Below are positions 26,413-36,638 of a stretch of 64,000 nucleotides of DNA, piece after piece. The stretch comes from Mytilus trossulus (lineage: Eukaryota): positions 992,001-1,056,000 of the forward strand of contig NC_086384.1 in assembly GCF_036588685.1 (NCBI RefSeq). Reading direction: 5' to 3'. The translations under genes and the position numbers were made by a program. How positions within the stretch are numbered: the first letter of the stretch is position 1; each line of letters opens with the position of its first letter. The notes beneath the pieces were generated by a model. It was not told the origin of the DNA, did not search any database, and saw nothing but the letters and a program-made list of their open reading frames with translations.

Positions 26413-27513
26413 ACACAGCAGACCTCAATACTATAAGCTAGTATAACGACAACACACTTATAATTCCCAATTCTAACCTTTACATTCCCAATACTCACCC
26501 AAAACTTAAAAAATTGTCTTGTATAAATGAAGAAGTCAAAATTCTTATACAAATGGGAGTCCATGACAAAACTTGAAATATCGCCAACTAAGCAAACATC
26601 AAAAAGTTAAGAAATTTCAAATGAATACATCCCATGCAGAAAACTGATAAAAGCAGATTATGCCAACTGTTAACTCTTCCGTATACTTCTTGTGTTGTTT
26701 CCGAGACTTTCACGTGCATGCTCCATATCATAAATTTTAACAAACGTATGCAACCTATGACTTAAATTAAAGTGTTAATATTTTCAGTTGAACCGATCTT
26801 AAGTTTGACAGAGCGAACTATCTGTTATGTAGTAGTTTTTGCATACTTCGAGAACGATCAAGTGGTGCATGAGCTCTAGATGATTTATATGTATTACATC
26901 GGGTGACTAAGACAGGTTTTGTGTCTTTGCCCTTTATCCCTTATTTCCCATAATCAGGGAAATCCTCTTGAATATTCAATACATCCAATACATGTATGAA
27001 ATAAAAAGAATGTGTAGAGAATGACATGTGTAATATGTTGTCCATATAAAATCAGATGTTGTTTAATTACTAATGAGACAACTAACCAGCCAAGATCAAA
27101 TGTTGTTGGTGTAAGCAATTCGCATACCTTAATAGAACAGAAACCACAAGTCTCCCTCTAAATTTAACAAACTTATTTTCAAAAACAAATTTCGTTAAAC
27201 AGATTATGAAAAGTAATATTTATTAAAGAAAAGTGTATTCAATACAGTGCGTCTTCACAAAATTTAATTCTAGCATACATGTACAAAATAGTAATACATA
27301 ATATCCCTCGAAAAATAGAGGCAAATCCAATTTCAAAAATTCTCTATTTTTACATACCTTCATACTTAATACATAATATCCCTCAAAATACAAGCTAGTC
27401 ATAGTCATAGTCAATATACATAAATAGTAGTAGTACATTATTCCCTCAAAATACAAAAAATAATTAAACAAGCATCATAAGTAACAAACTTTTACTCTAA
27501 ACACTTCAAACTG

Positions 27514-28830
27514 TCACTGAAAAGCATTGGAAAGTTTATTGACCTCACAATACGACTCGAATATAGATCTACAGATATTAGATTCAGAAACCCCTGTATT
27601 AGCCATGATGGAACTGACTGACCCTCTTCCTACCATACTTGACAATCTACTATATCTTTGGTAAGAGGACGAAGAAGACCAACCTATATGCTGCATGATG
27701 TCACTTGTAGATCCCCCTGACAAAGCTAAAGTAATAGCACAAGCTCCCCGAATTCCATGAGGGGTCTCACCGTCGTAAATATCGAGTTTCTTTAAATATT
27801 TCCTCAAGCGATCATACATAGCATTCGAAGATACAGGATTGTCAGTAACATCTTTTCGATTTCTACTCAACGTACGGAATAAATAACCAAAACGTAAATC
27901 AACTCCAAGTGCCCTGGCACCTTCAACGTACCTTTCCAGTGCTTTGACTGGACAAATTAAAGTATCATCAAATCTTAAGATGGAAAATTCATTCACTTTC
28001 CCTTTTCCAAGTGTTTTGCCTACTGTGTGTGAAAATAGAAAACCGTCACCATTTGGTAATAATTTAACCTCTTGTGAAATACACAAGCCCAAGTCATTCG
28101 CTCTGTCTCCTGAAAAGTATTGAACTTTGAAAAATGCTTGATCTCTAAGGAATATGAATCTTTCAGAGGATTTCATAACAGGATCCAACAACAACTCATC
28201 AATATGAACACTAATTGATCGGAGTTTGTCTAAAAATAGAGGTTTTGCCTGCTTTTGTACAACATGGGATTTTGACTGCTCAAACTGAATAGCATGCAAA
28301 TATTTGTCTACCTCTGGACTACACACAGGATTACCAATTTTAGTTATTTCATTCCACTCAGAACCCCGACCATTAGATTCAAATATAGCTTTTAATTGTC
28401 CTAGCATAGACTGAACAGTTCCTGCTGCTAACCTTAACGGACACTGACATGAATGAATACCCAACTTACCAAGAAATTCACAGGTTAAGTCATGTACTTG
28501 CGTTTTCCCCCTTGAATCCTTCATGACCATAAATCGCCTTACTTCTAAAGGGGAAGCGGTTTTTAAACACTTAACAGGTTCACCTTCAAATAAAAACTTC
28601 TCAAACTCTTTTTCCAGCGAAAGTTTTTTCTTATTATAACTAGTGCTTCCAATTAAACTGTCTAAATATCTCAAACGCCTTTCCACTGAACAATTATTCG
28701 TGATACTTTCCGAACTTTCAATCAAAATGGGTTTTTGTCCACATGACTGGCAAAATTGATACCCAACATCATTTGCATAACCACACACTAAACACTTTTC
28801 TGCTGGCAGCCAAACTCGTGGTACACCATT
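27514..28830 (-). CDS. Tyrosine recombinase with N-terminal CxxC...CxxC zinc ribbon; main exon starts at a phase-0 acceptor
   Basis: Catalytic R (FSGDRANDL), HxxR (HGIR), HIGW and Y (YQRY) are all present; no in-frame ATG before the Zn ribbon; acceptor ttttacctttttgtag|AAT at 28831/28830. Confidence 0.9.
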   Translation of the reverse strand, partial: NGVPRVWLPAEKCLVCGYANDVGYQFCQSCGQKPILIESSESITNNCSVERRLRYLDSLIGSTSYNKKKLSLEKEFEKFLFEGEPVKCLKTASPLEVRRFMVMKDSRGKTQVHDLTCEFLGKLGIHSCQCPLRLAAGTVQSMLGQLKAIFESNGRGSEWNEITKIGNPVCSPEVDKYLHAIQFEQSKSHVVQKQAKPLFLDKLRSISVHIDELLLDPVMKSSERFIFLRDQAFFKVQYFSGDRANDLGLCISQEVKLLPNGDGFLFSHTVGKTLGKGKVNEFSILRFDDTLICPVKALERYVEGARALGVDLRFGYLFRTLSRNRKDVTDNPVSSNAMYDRLRKYLKKLDIYDGETPHGIRGACAITLALSGGSTSDIMQHIGWSSSSSYQRYSRLSSMVGRGSVSSIMANTGVSESNICRSIFESYCEVNKLSNAFQ

Positions 28831-28846
28831 CTACAAAAAGGTAAAA

Positions 28847-31054
28847 CTAAAAATGAAGTCGTGCGACAATTAAACGCCATGGTAAACCCTTAGTGTCCAA
28901 CTTAAACCCTTTAGTAGATGGGTACAACAGGGCTTTGTGTTCATTTCGTTCAGCTAACACATTCCATACTGACACATGTTCCCAGAAAAAAGGCCACCAC
29001 ACTGGTCTTGGAAACAACTCAGGAACCACAAATGTACAACTCTTAACCCCAATCTGAGCACAAAACTTCAAAACGGCAAAAATTAAACAAAAAGGGGGGA
29101 ACACATAAGGATTTTTTTCCAAATTCAAGTCCTGAGAAAAAACATTAACACCATCTGAAAGAACTGTGGGGAATGGTGTAAAATGTTTTAACGGATAACC
29201 ATAAGTATCATTCATAGTATTAGAGTCTAATGCCATCAAATCTGAAGTGTGGGGACCAAACCTCTCTTCAACAAATTTCCACTTCATAGGAGATAACATA
29301 GCATCTGATAATCTCAACTTTCTGGACTCCCTGTCAGCAGGGTTTCTACTAGAACTAGCATATACAAGACGTAGGTCCATGTTAACTGTTTTTGAAAGAG
29401 TGAATATCTTTCGCAAAACTCCATTCAACGAGGGGTCTCTACCTCCTTGATTACTCCAAGCATTAACTACCGCAAGATTATCACAAAACGTGTCCACCCG
29501 AGAGTCGATAATTCTCTCTTTAACAGAACAGAGGGAGTGTAGTAGTGCATTTGCCTCCTTAACGTGGATAGGAGAGCTATCATTCTTATTCCAAAAGTCA
29601 CCAAACTCTACCGTAACCTCTTTGCAAATCATAAAGGCACCCCACTTAAAAAGCGACGAGTCAGTTGCTAAAATCAATTGTAAATGGGTTTCTAATCTCC
29701 AAGAGGCAGTTCCCTTCCAATTATCCAAAAAACGCCAATATTCCAACTCCTCTTTTAACTCTTTGTAAATGTTAATTTTCTTACTATTTTTAGAAGCAAG
29801 GCTTATGGCCCTATTGATTTCCCTTGAAAACAACCTGGCAGAGGGGACAGCAAGAAAAAATGAAATACATTTTCCTGCGAAACGTTGAAGAGTTTTAATG
29901 CCTACGTCATTACCATCAAGGATAGATTCCCTTAAAATTCTAAATGATTCTTTTTTCTGCTCCGGCAAGATGAAGGCCAGTTTTGCTGAGTCACAAAACA
30001 TTCCCAAGAATTTCAAACACCTGGTTGGTATAAAGCAACACTTTTCCAAGTTTAAAAAATATCCCAATCTAACAAGAACCTGACACAGAATGTACAGACT
30101 TTTTACCAATTCGGCATGACCGGATTTCTTCTTCAAATTTGTATTTTTAAACTCGCAAACTAACCTCTCATCTATGTACAATAAAGAAGGTACACCAAGG
30201 GAGCGACAATAGCTGATTGGAACTAGACCAGTAGTGTGATAAATAAAAGCACTAGCTTTGAAGCCGAAAGGAAGAGAGTTAAAAACCATGTACCAGCCTG
30301 CAAACTGGATTCGAAAATACTGTCTAGAATTGGGATTTAAAAGTATATGATCGTAACCAGACTTATCATCAAGAGATGCCATGAAAGAATCCTTTTCTAT
30401 TAATCTAGGAACCTCTTTCAGAGTATCTAACGAAAACGGGAAATCCTTAATCCATAAATTCAAGTATCTTTCATCATGGCACATGCGTGGTTTTGATGGC
30501 TCAATAGTGATAGGTAAAACAAGTAACGGCGGATCACATTCCCCAACTCTACCAATTACAGTTAATGATCCATTGGCTATTCTTTCTAATAAAGTGTCAC
30601 ACAAAAATTTCTCAAATCCTTTGCAACTAGCAGAATTTTGAAAATAAGCAGGTTGGGGAAGACTTGAATCGTAACAACGACCCCTAAAATTTCCCTTAAA
30701 ATGTTTAAACATGGGCCTAATATCTACCCCCTGTTTAATCCAGTCCAAAATTTCACTAGGACAACCTATTTTCTCCCATTGTTCTGAACAATACATTAAA
30801 TTTCCTGCTTTGAAAAAATTAGGATCTAAAAAAGACAGATCCTCAAAATCATAGTCGCTTCCATTTACAACCTCTTCAGCACTTGGTAAGCAATCAGAGG
30901 GTTGGGTGATCTCTCCTTTATAATTTACTAAAAGTATGTCACTTTGCTTTCTTAATTTAACGCTAAATGGATCGAAACCCGATTTTAACTCCCAATCTGG
31001 AATTTCTGGCTCAAACTTTTCTTTCTTAGCCAAAGGTTCATGATCCCTGATATT
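28847..31054 (-). CDS. Pol: reverse transcriptase, RNase H and DNA adenine methyltransferase-like domain
   Basis: RT motifs LDDKSGYDH, LPFG, YIDE (YxDD variant), KFLG; RNase H ATDSS, HVKE, FCDN, NPAD; MT-like DLMA...YVFPP; starts at phase-0 acceptor tttttgttaatttcag|AAT (31055/31054). Confidence 0.92.
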   Translation of the reverse strand, partial: NIRDHEPLAKKEKFEPEIPDWELKSGFDPFSVKLRKQSDILLVNYKGEITQPSDCLPSAEEVVNGSDYDFEDLSFLDPNFFKAGNLMYCSEQWEKIGCPSEILDWIKQGVDIRPMFKHFKGNFRGRCYDSSLPQPAYFQNSASCKGFEKFLCDTLLERIANGSLTVIGRVGECDPPLLVLPITIEPSKPRMCHDERYLNLWIKDFPFSLDTLKEVPRLIEKDSFMASLDDKSGYDHILLNPNSRQYFRIQFAGWYMVFNSLPFGFKASAFIYHTTGLVPISYCRSLGVPSLLYIDERLVCEFKNTNLKKKSGHAELVKSLYILCQVLVRLGYFLNLEKCCFIPTRCLKFLGMFCDSAKLAFILPEQKKESFRILRESILDGNDVGIKTLQRFAGKCISFFLAVPSARLFSREINRAISLASKNSKKINIYKELKEELEYWRFLDNWKGTASWRLETHLQLILATDSSLFKWGAFMICKEVTVEFGDFWNKNDSSPIHVKEANALLHSLCSVKERIIDSRVDTFCDNLAVVNAWSNQGGRDPSLNGVLRKIFTLSKTVNMDLRLVYASSSRNPADRESRKLRLSDAMLSPMKWKFVEERFGPHTSDLMALDSNTMNDTYGYPLKHFTPFPTVLSDGVNVFSQDLNLEKNPYVFPPFCLIFAVLKFCAQIGVKSCTFVVPELFPRPVWWPFFWEHVSVWNVLAERNEHKALLYPSTKGFKLDTKGLPWRLIVARLHF

Positions 31055-31230
31055 CTGAAATTAACAAAAATTTCAACTCTGAAAAATTGCTTGAGATTTA
31101 TAAAAATAAAATAAAGGAGAGAGACACTCAACCCTTGCCCGCGTGAAAAATTTTTCACTGGAGATCGAAGCTCCTGGGAAAGGGAAAGGCATCTAAAAGA
31201 TTAAAATTAAAAAATATACAAAATACATAA

Positions 31231-33069
31231 TTAATTGTCTTTTTTCATCTTTGGACAATTTGCAATAAAATGTCCCGACTCCTTGCAAAAATAACATACA
31301 CCGTTTGACACTCTCCTGCCTCTACCTCCTTGCATTCTTGGAGGCCTAAAACCACCTGAATTATAGTTTGGCCCTGGATAAAAATTAGGATACGGGAAAC
31401 CAAAACCTGGATTCTGATATCCATATCCAGGAAAAGGAAAAGCAGGAGCTGAAGTAGGTGGAGCATCTAATATATCCTGCCTCTCCTTTGACCCTGATGG
31501 TTCCTCGTATTTTTTAGATTTTGCCCAGTCTGAAATTAAGGAGGAAATCTTCTTGTCCTCCTGGGAACCAAATAACTTTAAGACGAGCCCACAAAAATCA
31601 ACATTATCTTCGTATTTTTTACACATTGAAAAAGATTTTGAAAATAAAGAACAGTCCTTATGATTCGCTTTGTTAGCTGCATCAACCAACATTTCGATGG
31701 CCGCAAGTAATACTCCCGGTGTTGTAAGTTTTGGTCTTGCTGCCAAAGTTCTAACGTAAGATAGTGCTTCATCTACCTGTAAAACCTTTGAATTTTTCTT
31801 CAACTCATCCAGGTCTTGTCTCATTGCTTGCAGCTGCTGGTTTGTTGTGGATGGGTCTCCCTGAGCCGCTTTGCCATCACTTCCTACAACAAACAAAACG
31901 AAAAATAACTAAACTTCCTTGCAACAGTTTTTTAATATATATCAAAAGAAAAATCAAGAATATCAAAACATTCTAGCAATACAAATACAGGACAAGGTCT
32001 TGCTCTAAATAACATTCGTAAACTGTAAATGTAGGAAACCATGAAAGTAGCGCCACAACATTAAAACAAAATTAAGCGTTAAACGAAATAACTAAAATAA
32101 CATTAAATTATCAAGTCTAGTTTTCTGTAAAAAATTAAGTTTACTTAGCAAAGAAATCCAGGTTTCTTGAAAATGCAACAAAACAAGACTAGATCTGTTG
32201 TTGTGAATAATATATGTTGCCGTGAATAATATCTCACTTAAATAAACAAACGCCTACATAAACATCAAGTTACAAATAAGAAGAGATTATCTTCGATAAG
32301 CATTTCAAAAGGGCTAAATTAGAACATACGGACAATGCAAGCAAACTAATCCAAAAAACATTCATACCTTTCGCCGCTGGTGTATCTGTACTCGGATTAC
32401 TAGTACCTAACCTCTGACCTCTACCACCAACAGAATTCGCTAACAATATGCTTTCATGCACTAAGAGACGCACATTCTCAATGTTATCATCTTTCCCACA
32501 CAGCAGAATTAATACATCTTTAACGGATTCACCTGGAATTAAAAAAGGCACTAATCAATCAAACGGAACAGATACAATTTCAAGTATAATGTGTAAAAAA
32601 TCACGAACCGTGGAAAGCGAAAAACTCTGAGGTAACTTGCCAAGTTACCGTCAATAAAATCATAAGTTCTGATGACACTAAATAACAAGAATTAACATAA
32701 AAACCAAAAGGCTAAAAATATCGCACCAGACGCAGATCTACATTTCTAAAAAAAAAATGTTTGTTCAAAAGAGCATTATCGGTCAAATGAAGCTAATTAA
32801 ATTATCAAAAACAAAAATTAAAGCCATAATTACTTTGAATACAAGGTTCTCTAAAAGTCTTAAGAAAACGTTATAATAAATTATAAATTACCCGTAAGCT
32901 TCTCAAACTGAGCAATTAATTCGACTTTTGTCAAACTCTCTAATGGTTCATCTTTTTTCAGTCTTGACAGCTCTAAAACCGCTTCTGCATCTGCGTTTTT
33001 TACCCTCAAAATGATCGGGATTAAACTTTTTCCCGCAAGGGAGCAATTTGGCTTCAATACCTGAGCCAT
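31231..33069 (-). CDS. Gag with C-terminal CCHC zinc knuckle; spliced join(33069-32892, 32532-32368, 31883-31231), 331 aa
   Basis: CYFCKESGHFIANC knuckle; two phase-1 GT-AG introns join three separate ORF-track fragments in frame (EKLT-G-ESVK and AAK-G-SDGK). Confidence 0.82.
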
Positions 33070-33094
33070 AGCTGAAATTAAAAAGAATAAATTG

Positions 33095-34087
33095 AGTAAC
33101 CCCATTACAAATCGTGCAATGCGGACTGTCTTCGTCATAATTCTCAATACGCGTTGCAACCAATGCAGACGCAAACTCCATTTTAGTACACTAAATATAA
33201 AAACAGAATTAAACCACAACTACTTTACTGTTATCAACAAAATACATTGCAAGCATTTACTACATTTAACTAGATTTAAAAAACTTGCATAGTAACCCCA
33301 TTAGAAATCCGCCATTAAAAATCGTGCAATGCTGACTGTCTTCGTCATAAATTAAAGATAAAAACATCTTTTTCTAAATGAACTCATGAACATTCAATAA
33401 AATAAATGTGCTCTAAAACTCGTAGAATGAAGTAAACCAAAAACATTCTTCCCGACATACCGGACAGTTCTCAATACGCGTTGCAACCAATGCAGGCGCA
33501 AACTCCATTTTAGTACATTAAATATTAAAACAGCATTAAACCACAACTACTTTACTGTTATCAACAAAATACATTGCAAGCATTTACTACATTTAACTAG
33601 ATTTAAAAAACTTGCATAGTAACCCCATTAGAAATCCGCCATTAAAAATCGTGCAATGCTGACTGTCTTCGTCATAAATTAAAGATACAAATATCTTTTC
33701 TAAAGGAACTCATGAACATTAAATAAAATGTGCTTTTAAACTCCTAAAATGAATTAAACCAAAAACATTCTCCTTCAAAGTTATTATTTCTAGTACCTCG
33801 AAAATAACGCAAAATTCGGAGCTTTCTTCTCCCTAGATATATTTAACAAAAATCTCTTACAATATCTTCATTTAACGCTGCAACCTATGCAAACGCAACT
33901 TAAAGCTTTAAATCATACAACACTTCCCGACATACAGGACAGTTCTCAAAACGCGTTGCAACCATTGCAGACGCAAACTCCATTTTTGTACATTAATTAT
34001 AAAAACAGCATTAAACCACAACTACTAGCTGTTATCAACAAAATACATTGAAAGCATTAACTACATTTAACTAGATTTAAAAAACTT
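33095..34087. repeat. ~327-bp tandem repeats inside the predicted 5'-UTR intron of the retrotransposon
   Basis: ttctcaa(t/a)acgcgttgcaacca... at 33141, 33468 and 33943. Confidence 0.85.
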
Positions 34088-34163
34088 ACTTCCACAGTAA
34101 GAAACTTCTTTACACTACAACCATGCTCTACTCAAGAGCTGTTAAAGTCCGTGCTGTCACGCT

Positions 34164-34221
34164 TGATAGCAGCGGCCAAACTGAATGTATTGGTCAAATC
34201 TCGCGGGACTCACTTATGATA
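34164..34221 (-). repeat. Split direct repeat A1 (element 5' end; probable promoter)
   Basis: Identical to 26285-26342; on the - strand it carries TCCCGCGAGA, CCAAT and an Inr-like TCAGTT. Confidence 0.9.
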
Positions 34222-35318
34222 CAATAAACTCAAATGAGACTTTTTGTTTGGTTCAAATTTTATATCAGAAACAACTTAACACACAATTATGTTTTCTCAG
34301 ATCAACCCAATTGTTAAAACATATGTGCAAAATTGATTATTATAGATTCATGCTATCAGGTGTAACTATAAAACACATTAATATGAAATAAGGATATGTG
34401 GCATGATTGCGTATTAGACAACTATTCACCAAATTTTTAATGTAGTGATTAAAGCAATTAAAATTAATCGAAATATCTGCAACAATTATAAAATTGTATA
34501 CTGTATAGCCGGATATGTAAACTTATTCTTCCAGTTTACTGACAAATTTCTGACAAATCTAAAAAAATGTCTTGACTTTCTTTATTAATTTTCTTCAAAA
34601 TGTATTACCTTCACCTAAGTGAGCTGAGGACATCAAAGACATACCATATATTTAATAAAGATCACATTAACTACAAAACGAATGAGGGATATTGTAATCT
34701 TATTGGAAATATTTGGTGTGCAAGAATTACCGTATCAGAAGGTACTATATAATATTTTACCAGAACAAGACAAATAATACTGTAAGTGATCAGGACTGTT
34801 CCAAGACTTGAACAAATAGTTTGTAAAGGTAGGTTTATAAACAACCACTAAACATTTAAATGTCTTTTGTTTTTGGGAAATATCGTTTTTTTTAATTGTT
34901 TTCATTCTTGTCCTCCTTAAATTATTTGCATTGAGTTTTAGTAGGTAAATTACGGATAAGCTGTACAGATACTGTTGTTTTCTATTTACGTCATCTCGAT
35001 CTATTCACAGACGCGTTTTTATTTATGCGCATGTCTGTGAAAGGTCTAACGAGACTTTATTTTGTGAAATATATCAATGAATTTATATGTAAATATCAAT
35101 TTATATAGAAACTATTCAAATCATGAAAAATGTAAACTAAGCTGTTGTATTAAGAATTCGTTATCTGTACATATTATTCTTATCGTTATCATTCGTCCAT
35201 TTAGTTTTAACAATACCTATAGTAAACTAAACCATAGCTAGTATTTGTATACTAAAACGTAAACTAGATCCACATTTCTACCGCTTTTTATCAATTAAAA
35301 AAAATATAAGGTTTTTAA

Positions 35319-35887
35319 TGTAGATCATTAGTATAGACTTTTTGAGACAGAATTTCCTTATAATTTGCTAAAATAAAGATTTTACGATGTTTTTTTTTCA
35401 AAAATATAATAAAAAGTATGGGTCACCGTGCTTTTTTTCATGGTATGAGTCGTTGAAAATTGCCTGAATGTGGTTAGATTGTTCATGAAAATACACATTT
35501 GTAAGCATAAAAAACATTCTATTAGATAGAATTTTGAAATAAATTGTGAGAAGATATGTTTAATAAAATGTTTTTAGAAAATAAAAAGATAAAATGGTGT
35601 CACCGACTTTGTTTTCTTGCTATAAGAAAAAAACAATTCCCTATTAGTCCAGTATAAAAAAAAAATACTAGAAGAGTTATCTCCCCTTAAATGACTCATT
35701 TGAAAAAATGATTCTAAACCATAAATGAATCACATTTGTTTTTAAATATTATGAATAATCAAGTTTTCTTCATATGAATAGACAGTCTAACATTTAAATG
35801 GTAAATCTGTCTCCAAATTTGCAGATTTGGGCAAATAACTAGACCGATTTTTTGCGATCTAAGATGGCGGTAAACCATGCATCTACC
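35319..35887. mobile_element. Probable old TTAA-targeting MITE (Kolobok/piggyBac-type)
   Basis: TTAA at 35315-35318 and 35888-35891 flanking imperfect TIRs (tgtagatcattagtata vs reverse-complement ggtagatgcatggttta). Confidence 0.4.
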
Positions 35888-36638
35888 TTAATATTATTAG
35901 ACACTGCTTAAAATTCGAAGATGCGGTTACCCTAAATATTTCACCTATCTAGATATAGAAAAATGTGGTATAAGTGCAAATAAGACAACCCTATCGGTCC
36001 GTTTAAATCTTTTGTAAACGCAAGATAAAAGTATGGTTAGGACAGCAATGATATTTTGCACAGCTTTGTGCAGCATATGCAGACTAGCTCCTTAAGTATA
36101 TATGGCTACACTATGACGTAGTACAGTTTTTGAGCATATTATGCAGATGTGCGTATCATTTTTTTATTTAGAATTAAGGTAATGTTGACATGAAACAAAA
36201 CAATATCATTTAGATTTCAATGGAACTATATTTTGGTATGACATACCACCCCACATTATTCCCATGTGTCAAATGATAAGTTTATAAACTGATTTTTCAC
36301 AGGATTTAACAACATATATGGTATACCATTATAAGTCTTCTATCTAACTACATATATAAAATACCATAACAATGGATGTCTGTTTAGCATATTATCTTAA
36401 AAATTACGAAAAGTAATAAATTGAGTTCAGAAAAAATATATTCTACTATTGTATAAATCGTTTTTTGTGGTATTATTTCTTCAAAATACTTATTTCAATT
36501 AGATATATACATTACATTTATACGCACCAGTACATTTTGTTTATTCTTCAAATGATTGACTTACAGTAGCTAAGAATACATTAAATTAATGTACCTTTTT
36601 ATTATTTCTTTTTTGCAGTTTGGAAATACCTCAATAAA

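Larger units (their letters stand above)
25949..34221 (-). mobile_element. Full-length tyrosine-recombinase retrotransposon (DIRS order, PAT-like: split direct repeats plus methyltransferase domain), 8273 bp
   Basis: Order on the - strand: A1, gag, pol, YR, B1, A2, spacer, B2; A is 58 bp and B is 75 bp, each in two identical copies; TGATA occurs at both ends and at the internal B1/A2 junction. Confidence 0.93.

Noticed and set aside
32948-33181. Overlapping 77-aa ORF in the retrotransposon 5' region
   Set aside because: Starts inside tandem repeats of the predicted intron; no domain recognised
25949-34221. LTR retrotransposon, Crypton or prophage interpretation
   Set aside because: No LTRs or DDE integrase; RT-RNaseH plus YR plus split direct repeats define a DIRS-order element
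34520-34870. Possible decayed integrase or other coding fragment
   Set aside because: Multiple stops and no confident motif
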